From NCBI RefSeq assembly GCF_009914755.1, contig NC_060947.1: a stretch of 64,000 nt of DNA; one strand, given 5' to 3'. Below are positions 27,201 to 39,079 of this stretch, one piece after another. Below the pieces are notes generated by a model. It was given only the letters and a program-made list of their open reading frames with translations, did no database searches and was not told where the DNA came from. How positions within the stretch are numbered: the stretch's first letter is position 1; the number at the start of each line of letters is the position of its first letter. Origin of the DNA: the human T2T-CHM13v2.0 reference genome, Homo sapiens. The position numbers and the translations under genes are program-made.

Positions 27201-30200
27201 TTTCAAACGAAGGCTACAAAGTGGTCAAAATATACACTTGCAGATTCTACTACAAGGGTGTTGCAAACCTCAACTATCAAAGGAAAGTTCAACTCTGTGA
27301 GATGAATGCAACCATCACAAAAAATGTTCTGAGTTTGCTTCCGTTCAGTTATGGGAAGTTGATCCCGTTTCCAACGAAATCCTCAGAGAGGTCCAAATAT
27401 CCCCTTGCAGATTCTACAAAACGTGTGTTTGGAAACTGCTCCATCATAACGAATGTTCAGCTCTCTGAGTTAAACTCCATCGTCACAAAGAATTTTCTGA
27501 GAGTGCTGCCGTCTAGTTTTTATATGAAGTTCTTTCCTTTACTACCACAGGCCTCAAAGCGGTCCAAATCTCCACTTGCAGATTCTACAAAAAGAGTGTT
27601 TGCAAACTGCTCTATCAAAAGGAATGTTCAACTCTGGGAGTTGAATGCAATCATCACAGAGCAGTTTCTGAGAATGCTTCTATGTCGTTTTTAGGAGAAG
27701 ATATTTCCTTTTCCAACACAGTCCTCCAAGCCCGCTAAATATCCACTTGCACATTGTAGAAAAAGTGTGTCGAAGCTGCGCTATCAAAGGGAAAATTCAA
27801 CTCTGTGAGGTGAATGCAAACATCCAAAAGAAGTTTCTCAGAATGCTTCCGTTTAGCTTTTAGGTGACGATTATCCAGTTTCCAACGAAACCTTCAAATA
27901 GATCCAAATATCCCCTTGCGGTTCCCACAGAAAGAGTGTTTCGAAACTGCTGTTTCAAAAGGAATCTTCAGCTCTGTGAGTTGAATGCAATCATCACAAA
28001 GAAGTTTCTGACAATGCTTCTCTCTCGTCTTTCTGTGAAGATAAAGGAAAAGGCTTTCAGGCCTTTTCCACCACAGGCCTGAAAGCGCTCCAAATGTCCA
28101 CTTGCAGATTCTGCCAAAAGAATATTTCAAAACTGCTCTATGAAAAGCAATGTTAAACTCTGCGGCTCGAACACAAACATCACAAAGCAGTTTCTGAGAA
28201 TGCTTCAGTTTAGTTTTTCTGTGGAAATATTACCGTTTCCAAAGAAATCTTCAAAGAGGTCCACGCATCCACTTACAGATTCTACAAAAAGACAGTTTCA
28301 AAACTGCTCAATCAAAAGGAGGGTTCAACCGTGTGACTTGAATGCAATCATCACTCAGAAGTTTCTGAGAACGCTTCTCTTTAGTTTTTACGTGAACATA
28401 TACCCGTTTCGAACGAAGGCCACCCAGTGGTCCAAATATCCACTTGCAGATTCTACAGAAAGAGTGTTTCGAACCTGAACTCTCAAAGGCAGGTTCATCT
28501 CTGCGAGTTAAATGCATTCATCATGAAGAACTTTCTCAGCGTGTTTGTGTTTAGTTATGGGAAATTATTCCCGTTTCCAACGAAATCCTCAGAGAGGTCC
28601 AAATATCCACCTACAGATTCTACCAAAAGTGTATTTGGAAACTGCTCCATCAAAAGGCATGTTCAGCTCTTTGAGTGAAACTCCATCATCACAAAGAATA
28701 TTCTGAGAATGCTTCCGTTTGCCTTTTATATGAAGCTCCTTCCTATACTACCGTAGGCCTCAAAGCAGTCCAAATCTCCATTTGCAGATTCTACAAAAAG
28801 AGTGATTCCAATCTGCTCTATCAATAGGACTGTTCAACTCCATGAGTTGAATGCCATCCTCACAAAGTCGTTTCTGAGAATGCTTCTATCTAGTTTTTAT
28901 GTGAAGATATTTCCTTTTCCACCACAGGCCTCAAAGCCCTCCAAACGTCCACTTGCAGATTCTCGAAAAAGAGGGTTTCATAGCTGCTCTTTCAAAAGGA
29001 AAGTTCAACTCTGGGAGTTGAATACAAACATCACAAAGTAGTTTCCGAGAATGCTTCTGTTTAGTTCTTATGTGAAGATGATCCCGTTTCCAGTGAAATC
29101 TTCAAAGAGGTCCACATATCCCCTTGCAGATTCCAAAGAAAGAGGGTTTCAAAACTGCTCCATCAAAAGGATTGTTCAACTCTGTGAGTTGAATGCAGTC
29201 ATCGCAGAAAACTTTCTGAGAATGCTTCTGTCTAGGTTTGATGTGAAGATATAGACGTTTCAAACGAAGGCTACAAAGTGGTCAAAATATACACTTGCAG
29301 ATTCTACTACAAGGGTGTTGCAAACCTGAACTATCAAAGGAAGGTTCAACTCTGTGAGTTGAATACAAACATCACAAAGAATGTTCTGAGTTTGCTTCCG
29401 TTCAGTTATGGGAAGTTGATCCCGTTTCCAACGAAATCCTCAGAGAGGTCCAAATATCCCCTTGCAGATTCCACAAAACGTGTGTTTGGAAACTGCTCCA
29501 TCATAACGAATGTTCAGCTCTCTGAGTTAAACTCCATCGTCACAAAGAATTTTCTGAGAGTGCTACCGTCTGGTTTTTATATGAAGTTGTTTCCTTTACT
29601 ACCACAGGCCTCAAAGCGGTCCAAATCTCCACTTGCAGATTCTACAAAAAGAGTGTTTGCAAACTGCTCTATCAAAAGGAATGTTCAACTCTGGGAGTTG
29701 AATGCAATCATCACAGAGCAGTTTCTGAGAATGTTTCTATGTCGTTTTTAGGAGAAGATATTTCCTTTTCCAACACAGTCCTCCAAGCCCGCTAAATATC
29801 CACTTGCACATTGTAGAAAAAGTGTGTCGAAGCTGCGCTATCAAAGGGAAAATTCAACTCTGTGAGGTGAATGCAAACATCCAAAAGAAGTTTCTCAGAA
29901 TGCTTCCGTTTAGCTTTTAGGTGACGATTATCCAGTTTCCAACGAAACCTTCAAATAGATCCAAATATCCCCTTGCGGTTCCCACAGAAAGAGTGTTTCG
30001 AAACTGCTGTTTCAAAAGGAATCTTCAACTCTGTGAGTTGAATGCAATCATCACAAAGAAGTTTCTGACAATGCTTCTCTCTCGTCTTTCTGTGAAGATA
30101 AAGGAAAAGGCTTTCAGGCCTTTTCCACCACAGGCCTGAAAGCGCTCCAAATGTCCACTTGCAGATTCTGCCAAAAGAATATTTCAAAACTGCTCTATGA

Positions 30201-33200
30201 AAAGCAATGTTAAACTCTGCGGCTCGAACACAAACCTCACAAAGCAGTTTCTGAGAATGCTTCAGTTTAGTTTTTCTGTGGAAATATTCCCGTTTCCAAA
30301 GAAATCTTCAAAGAGGTCCACGCATCCACTTACAGATTCTACAAAAAGACAGTTTCAAAACTGCTCAATCAAAAGGAGGGTTCAACTGTGTGACTTGAAT
30401 GCATTCATCACTCAGAAGTTTCTGAGAATGCTTCTCTTTAGTTTTTACGTGAACATATACCCGTTTCGAACGAAGGCCACCCAGTGGTCCAAATATCCAC
30501 TTGCAGATTCTACAGAAAGAGTGTTTCGAACCTGAACTCTCAAAGGCAGGTTCATCTCTGCGAGTTAAATGCATTCATCATGAAGAACTTTCTCAGCGCG
30601 TTTGTGTTTAGTTATGGGAAATTATTCCCGTTTCCAACGAAATCCTCAGAGAGGTTCAAATATCCACCTGCAGATTCTACCAAAAGTGTATTTGGAAACT
30701 GCTCCATCAAAAGGCATGTTCAGCTCTGTGTGTGAAACTCCATCATCACAAAGAATATTCTGAGAATGCTTCCGTTTGCCTTTTATATGAAGTTCCTTCC
30801 TATACTACCTTAGGCCTCAAAGCAGTCCAAATCTCCATTTGCAGATTCTACAAAAAGAGTGATTCCAATCTGCTCTATCAATAGGAATGTTCAACTCCAT
30901 GAGTTGAATGCCATCCTCACAAAGTAGTTTCTGAGAATGCTTCTATCTAGTTTTTATGTGAAGATATTTCCTTTTCCACCACAGGCCTCAAAGCCCTCCA
31001 AACGTCCACTTGCAGATTCTCGAAAAAGAGTGTTTCATAGCTGCTCTTTCAAAAGGAAAGTTCAACTCTGGGAGTTGAATACAAACATCACAAAGTAGTT
31101 TCCGAGAATGCTTCTGTTTAGTTCTTATGTGAAGATGATCCCGTTTCCAGTGAAATCTTCAAAGAGGTCCACATATCCCCTTGCAGATTCCAAAGAAAGA
31201 GGGTTTCAAAACTGCTCCATCAAAAGGATTGTTCAACTCTGTGAGTTGAATGCAGTCATCGCAGAAAACTTTCTGAGAATGCTTCTGTCTAGGTTTGATG
31301 TGAAGATATAGACGTTTCAAACGAAGGCTACAAAGTGGTCAAAATATACACTTGCAGATTCTACTACAAGGGTGATGCAAACCTCAACTATCAAAGGAAG
31401 GTTCAACTCTGTGAGTTGAATACAAACATCACAAAGAATGTTCTGAGTTTGCTTCCGTTCAGTTATGGGAAGTTGATCCCGTTTCCTACGAAATCCTCAG
31501 AGAGGTCCAAATATCCCCTTGCAGATTCTACAAAACGTGTGTTTGGAAACTGCTCCATCATAACGAATGTTCAGCTCTCTGAGTTAAACTCCATCGTCAC
31601 AAAGAATTTTCTGAGAGTGCTACCATCTAGTTTATATATGAAGTTCTTTCCTTTACTACCACAGGCCTCAAAGCGGTCCAAATCTCCACTTGCAGATTCT
31701 ACAAAAAGAGTGTTTGCAAACTGCTCTATCAAAAGGAATGTTCAACTCTGGGAGTTGAATGCAATCATCACAGAGCAGTTTCTGAGAATGCTTCTATGTC
31801 GTTTTTAGGAGAAGATATTTCCTTTTCCAACACAGTCCTCCAAGCCCGCTAAATATCCACTTGCACATTGTAGAAAAAGTGTGTCGAAGCTGCGCTATCA
31901 AAGGGAAAGTTCAACTCTGTGAGGTGAATGCAAACATCCCAAAGAAGTTTCTGAGAATGCTTCCGTTTAGCTTTAAGTGAAGTTTATTCCGTTTAAAACG
32001 AAATCTTCAAAGAGGTCCAACTATCCCCTTGCGGATCCCACAGAAAGAGTGTTTCGAAACTGCTGTTTCAAAAGGAATCTTCAACTCTGTGAGTTGAATG
32101 CAATCATCACAAAGAAGTTTCTGACAATGCTTCTCTCTCGTCTTTCTGTGAAGATAAAGGAAAAGGCTTTCAGGCCATTTCCACCACAGGCCTGAAAGCG
32201 CTCCAAATGTCCACTTGCAGATTCTGCCAAAAGAATATTTCAAAACTGCTCTATGAAAAGCAATGTTAAACTCTGCGGCTCGAACACAAACATCACAAAT
32301 CAGTTTCTGAGAATGCTTCAGTTTAGTTTTTCTGTGGAAATATTCCCGTTTCCAAAGAAATCTTCAAAGAGGTCCACGCATCCACTTACAGATTCTACAA
32401 AAAGACAGTTTCAAAACTGCTCAATCAAAAGGAGGGTTCAACTGTGTGACTTGAATGCAATCATCACTCAGAAGTTCCTGAGAACGCTTCTCTTTAGTTT
32501 TTACGTGAACATATACCCGTTTCGAAGGAAGGCCAGCCAGTGGTCCAAATATCCACTTCCAGATTCTACAGAAAGAGTGTTTCGAACCTGAACTCTCAAA
32601 GGCAGGTTCATCTCTGCGAGTTAAATGCATTCATCATGAAGAACTTTCTCAGCGTGTTTGTGTTTAGTTATGGGAAATTATTGTCGTTTCCAACGAAATC
32701 CTCAGAGAGGTCCAAATATCCACCTGCAGATTCTACCAAAAGTGTATTTGGAAACTGCTCCATGAAAAGGCATGTTCAGCTCTGTGAGTGAAACTCCATC
32801 ATCACAAAGAATATTCTGAGAATGCTTCCGTTTGCCTTTTATATGAAGTTCCTTCCTATACTACCGTAGGCCTCAAAGCAGTCCAAATCTCCATTTGCAG
32901 ATTCTACAAAAAGAGTGATTCCAATCTGCTCTATCAATAGGATTGTTCAACTCCATGAGTTGAATGCCATCCTCACAAAGTAGTTTCTGAGAATGCTTCT
33001 ATCTAGTTTTTATGTGAAGATATTTCCTTTTCCACCACAGGCCTCAAAGCCCTCCAAACGTCCACTTGCAGATTCTCGAAAAAGAGTGTTTCATAGCTGC
33101 TCTTTCAAAAGGAAAGTTCAACTCTGGGAGTTGAATACAAACATCACAAAGTAGTTTCCGAGAATGCTTCTGTTTAGTTCTTATGTGAAGATGATCCCGT

Positions 33201-36200
33201 TTCCAGTGAAATCTTCAAAGAGGTCCACATATCCCCTTGCAGATTCCAAAGAAAGAGGGTTTCAAAACTGCTCCATCAAAAGGATTGTTCAACTCTGTGA
33301 GTTGAATGCAGTCATCGCAGAAAACTTTCTGAGAATGCTTCTGTCTAGGTTTGATGTGAAGATATAGACGTTTCAAACGAAGGCTGCAAAGTGGTCAAAA
33401 TATACACTTGCAGATTCTACTACAAGGGTGTTGCAAACCTCAACTATCAAAGGAAAGTTCAACTCTGTGAGATGAATGCAACCATCACAAAAAATGTTCT
33501 GAGTTTGCTTCCGTTCAGTTATGGGAAGTTGATCCCGTTTCCAACGAAATCCTCAGAGAGGTCCAAATATCCCCTTGCAGATTCTACAAAACGTGTGTTT
33601 GGAAACTGCTCCATCATAACGAATGTTCAGCTCTCTGAGTTAAACTCCATCGTCACAAAGAATTTTCTGAGAGTGCTGCCGTCTAGTTTTTATATGAAGT
33701 TCTTTCCTTTACTACCACAGGCCTCAAAGCGGTCCAAATCTCCACTTGCAGATTCTACAAAAAGAGTGTTTGCAAACTGCTCTATCAAAAGGAATGTTCA
33801 ACTCTGGGAGTTGAATGCAATCATCACAGAGCAGTTTCTGAGAATGCTTCTATGTCGTTTTTAGGAGAAGATATTTCCTTTTCCAACACAGTCCTCCAAG
33901 CCCGCTAAATATCCACTTGCACATTGTAGAAAAAGTGTGTCGAAGCTGCGCTATCAAAGGGAAAATTCAACTCTGTGAGGTGAATGCAAACATCGAAAAG
34001 AAGTTTCTCAGAATGCTTCCGTTTAGCTTTTAGGTGACGATTATCCAGTTTCCAACGAAACCTTCAAATAGATCCAAATATCCCCTTGCGGTTCCCACAG
34101 AAAGAGTGTTTCGAAACTGCTGTTTCAAAAGGAATCTTCAGCTCTGTGAGTTGAATGCAATCATCACAAAGAAGTTTCTGACAATGCTTCTCTCTCGTCT
34201 TTCTGTGAAGATAAAGGAAAAGGCTTTCAGGCCTTTTCCACCACAGGCCTGAAAGCGCTCCAAATGTCCACTTGCAGATTCTGCCAAAAGAATATTTCAA
34301 AACTGCTCTATGAAAAGCAATGTTAAACTCTGCGGCTCGAACACAAACATCACAAAGCAGTTTCTGAGAATGCTTCAGTTTAGTTTTTCTGTGGAAATAT
34401 TCCCGTTTCCAAAGAAATCTTCAAAGAGGTCCACGTATCCACTTACAGATTCTACAAAAAGACAGTTTCAAAACTGCTCAATCAAAACGAGGGTTCAACT
34501 GTGTGACTTGAATGCAATCATCACTCAGAAGTTTCTGAGAATGCTTCTCTTTAGTTTTTACGTGAACATATACCCGTTTCGAATGAAGGCCACCCAGTGG
34601 TCCAAATATCCACTTGCAGATTCTACAGAAAGAGTGTTTCGAACCTGAATTCTCAAAGGCAGGTTCATCTCTGCGAGTTAAATGCATTCATCATGAAGAA
34701 ATTTCTCAGCGCGTTTGTGTTTAGTTATGGGAAATTATTCCCGTTTCCAACGAAATCCTCAGAGAGGTTCAAATATCCACCTGCAGATTCTACCAAAAGT
34801 GTATTTGGAAACTGCTCCATCAAAAGGCATGTTCAGCTCTGTGAGTGAAACTCCATCATCACAAAGAATATTCTGAGAATGCTTCCGTTTGCCTTTTATA
34901 TGAAGTTCCTTCCTATACTACCTTAGGCCTCAAAGCAGTCCAAATCTCCATTTGCAGATTCTACAAAAAGAGTGATTCCAATCTGCTCTATCAATAGGAC
35001 TGTTCAACTCCATGAGTTGAATGCCATCCTCACAAAGTAGTTTCTGAGAATGCTTCTATCTAGTTTTTATGTGAAGATATTTCCTTTTCCACCACAGGCC
35101 TCAAAGCCCTCCAAACGTCCACTTGCAGATTCTCGAAAAAGAGTGTTTCATAGCTGCTCTTTCAAAAGGAAAGTTCAACTCTGGGAGTTGAATACAAACA
35201 TCACAAAGTAGTTTCCGAGAATGCTTCTGTTTAGTTCTTATGTGAAGATGATCCCGTTTCCAGTGAAATCTTCAAAGAGGTCCACATATCCCCTTGCAGA
35301 TTCCAAAGAAAGAGGGTTTCAAAACTGCTCCATCAAAAGGATTGTTCAACTCTGTGAGTTGAATGCAGTCATCGCAGAAAACTTTCTGAGAATGCTTCTG
35401 TCTAGGTTTGATGTGAAGATATAGACGTTTCAAACGAAGGCTACAAAGTGGTCAAAATATACACTTGCAGATTCTACTACAAGGGTGATGCAAACCTCAA
35501 CTATCAAAGGAAGGTTCAACTCTGTGAGTTGAATACAAACATCACAAAGAATGTTCTGAGTTTGCTTCCGTTCAGTTATGGGAAGTTGATCCCGTTTCCT
35601 ACGAAATCCTCAGAGAGGTCCAAATATCCCCTTGCAGATTCTACAAAACGTGTGTTTGGAAACTGCTCCATCATAACGAATGTTCAGCTCTCTGAGTTAA
35701 ACTCCATCGTCACAAAGAATTTTCTGAGAGTGCTACCATCTAGTTTATATATGAAGTTCTTTCCTTTACTACCACAGGCCTCAAAGCGGTCCAAATCTCC
35801 ACTTGCAGATTCTACAAAAAGAGTGTTTGCAAACTGCTCTATCAAAAGGAATGTTCAACTCTGGGAGTTGAATGCAATCATCACAGAGCAGTTTCTGAGA
35901 ATGCTTCTATGTCGTTTTTAGGAGAAGATATTTCCTTTTCCAACACAGTCCTCCAAGCCCGCTAAATATCCACTTGCACATTGTAGAAAAAGTGTGTCGA
36001 AGCTGCGCTATCAAAGGGAAAGTTCAACTCTGTGAGGTGAATGCAAACATCCCAAAGAAGTTTCTGAGAATGCTTCCGTTTAGCTTTAAGTGAAGATTAT
36101 CCCGTTTCCAACGAAATCTTCAAAGAAGTCCAAATATCCCCTTGCGGATCCCACAGAAAGAGTGTTTCGAAACTGCTGTTTCAAAAGGAATCTTCAACTC

Positions 36201-36300
36201 TGTGAGTTGAATGCAATCATCACAAAGAAGTTTCTGACAATGCTTCTCTCTCGTCTTTCTGTGAAGATAAAGGAAAAGGCTTTCAGGCCATTTCCACCAC
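24234..36300 (-). repeat. Haplotype block: a ~4-kb two-HOR segment repeated at +6,170, then a third partial copy at a further +4,113
   Basis: Shared variants GCATTCATCACTC (24234/30404), CAGCGCG, GAGGTTCAAA, TACCTTAGG, TTTCCTACG, TACCATCTAGTTTATA, CTTTAAGTGAAGTTTATTCCGTTTAAAACG (25801/31971), GATGAATGCAACC (27301/33471) and GTGACGATTATCCAG (27864/34034, also 29921). The first group recurs at ~34700-36290. Confidence 0.85.
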
Positions 36301-39079
36301 AGGCCTGAAAGCGCTCCAAATGTCCACTTGCAGATTCTGCCAAAAGAATATTTCAAAACTGCTCTATGAAAAGCAATGTTAAACTCTGCGGCTCGAACAC
36401 AAACATCACAAAGCAGTTTCTGAGAATGCTTCAGTTTAGTTTTTCTGTGGAAATATTCCCGTTTCCAAAGAAATCTTCAAAGAGGTCCACGCATCCACTT
36501 ACAGATTCTACAAAAAGACAGTTTCAAAACTGCTCAATCAAAAGGAGGGTTCAACTGTGTGACTTGAATGCATTCATCACTCAGAAGTTTCTGAGAACGC
36601 TTCTCTTTAGTTTTTACGTGAACATATACCCGTTTCGAACGAAGGCCAGCCAGTGGTCCAAATATCCACTTGCAGATTCTACAGAAAGAGTGTTTGGAAC
36701 CTGGACTCTCAAAGGCAGGTTCATCTCTGCGAGTTAAATGCATTCATCATGAAGAACTTTCTCAGCGTGTTTGTGTTTAGTTATGGGAAATTATTCCCGT
36801 TTCCAAAGAAATCCTCAGAGAGCTCCAAATATCCACCTGCAGATTGTACCAAAAGTGTATTTGGAAACTGCTCCATGAAAAGGCATGTTCAGCTCTGTGA
36901 GTGAAAATCCATCATCACAAAGAATATTCTGAGAATGCTTCCGTTTGCCTTTTATATGAAGTTCCTTCCTATACTACCGTAGGCCTCAAAGCAGTCCAAA
37001 TCTCCATTTGCAGATTCTACAAAAAGAGTGATTCCGATCTGCTCTATCAATAGGATTGTTCAACTCCATGAGTTGAATGCCATCCTCACAAAGTAGTTTC
37101 TGAGAATGCTTCTATCTAGTTTTTATGTGAAGATATTTCCTTTTCCACCACAGGCCTCAAAGCCCTCCAAACGTCCACTTGCAGATTCTCGAAAAAGAGT
37201 GTTTCATAGCTGCTCTTTCAAAAGGAAAGTTCAACTCTGGGAGGTGAATACAAACATCACAAAGTAGTTTCCGAGAATGCTTCTGTTTAATTCTTATGTG
37301 AAGATGATCCCGTTTCCAGTGAAATCTTCAAAGAGGTCCACATATTCCCTTGCAGATTCCAAAGAAAGAGGGTTTCAAAACTGCTCCATCAAAAGGACTG
37401 TTCAACTCTGTGAGTTGAATGCAGACATCGCAGAAAACTTTCTGAGAATGCTTCTGTCTAGGTTTGATGTGAAGATATAGACGTTTCAAACGAAGGCTAC
37501 AAAGTGGTCAAAATATACACTTGCAGATTCTACTGCAAGGGTGATGCAAACCTGAACTATCAAAGGAAGGTTCAACTCTGTGAGTTGGATACAAACATCA
37601 CAAAGAATGTTCTGAGTTTGCTTCCGTTCAGTTATGGGAAGTTGATCCCGTTTCCAACGAAATCCTCAGAGAGGTCCAAATATCCCCTTGCAGATTCTAC
37701 AAAACGTGTGTTTGGAAACTGCTCCATCATAACGAATGTTCAGCTCTCTGAGTTAAACTCCATCGTCACAAAGAATTTTCTGAGAGTGCTACCGTCTAGT
37801 TTTTATATGAAGTTCTTTCCTTTACTACCACAGGCCTCAAAGCGGTCCAAATCTCCACTTGCAGATTCTACAAAAAGAGTGTTTGCAAACTGCTCTATCA
37901 AAAGGAATGTTCAACTCTGGGAGTTGAATGCAATCATCACAGAGCAGTTTCTGAGAATGCTTCTATGTCGTTTTTAGGAGAAGATATTTCCTTTTCCAAC
38001 ACAGTCCTCCAAGCCCGCTAAATATCCACTTGCACATTGTAGAAAAAGTGTGTCGAAGCTGCGCTATCAAAGGGAAAGTTCAACTCTGTGAGGTGAATGC
38101 AAACATCCCAAAGAAGTTTCTGAGAATGCTTCCGTTTAGCTTTAAGTGAAGATTTTCCCATTTCCAACGAAATCCTCAAAGAGGTCCAAATATCCCCTTG
38201 CGGATCCCACAGAAAGAGTGTTTCGAAACTGCTGTTTCAAAAGGAATCTTCAACTCTGTGAGTTGAATGCAATCATCACAAAGAAGTTTCTGACAATGCT
38301 TCTCTCTCGTCTTTCTGTGAAGATAAAGGAAAAGGCTTTCAGGCCATTTCCACCACAGGCCTGAAAGCGCTCCAAATGTCCACTTGCAGATTCTGCCAAA
38401 AGAATATTTCAAAACTGCTCTATGAAAAGCAATGTTAAACTCTGCGGCTCGAACACCAACATCACAAAGCAGTTTCTGAGAATGCTTCAGTTTAGTTTTT
38501 CTGTGGAAATATTCCCGTTTCCAAAGAAATCTTCAAAGAGGTCCACGTATCCACTTACAGATTCCACAAAAAGACAGTTTCAAAACTGCTCAATCAAAAG
38601 GAGGGTTCAACTGTGTGACTTGAATGCAGTCATCACTCAGAAGTTCCTGAGAACGCTTCTCTTTAGTTTTTAGGTGAACGTATACCCTTTTCGAACGAAG
38701 GCCAGCCAGTGGTCCAAATATCCACTTGCAGATTCTACAGAAACAGTGTTTCGAACCTGAACTCTCAAAGGCAGGTTCATCTCTGCGAGTTAAATGCGTT
38801 CATCATGAAGAACTTTCTCAGCGTGTTTGTGTTTAGTTATGGGAAATTATTCCCGTTTCCAACGAAATCCTCAGAGAGGTCCAAATATCCACCTGCAGAT
38901 TCTACCAAAAGTGTATTTGGAAACTGCTCCATCAAAAGGCATGTTCAGCTCTGTGAGTGAAACTCCATCATCACAAAGAATATTCTGAGAATGCTTCCGT
39001 TTGCCTTTTATATGAAGTTCCTTCCTATACTACCGTAGGCCTCAAAGCAGTCCAAATCTCCATTTGCAGATTCTACAAA

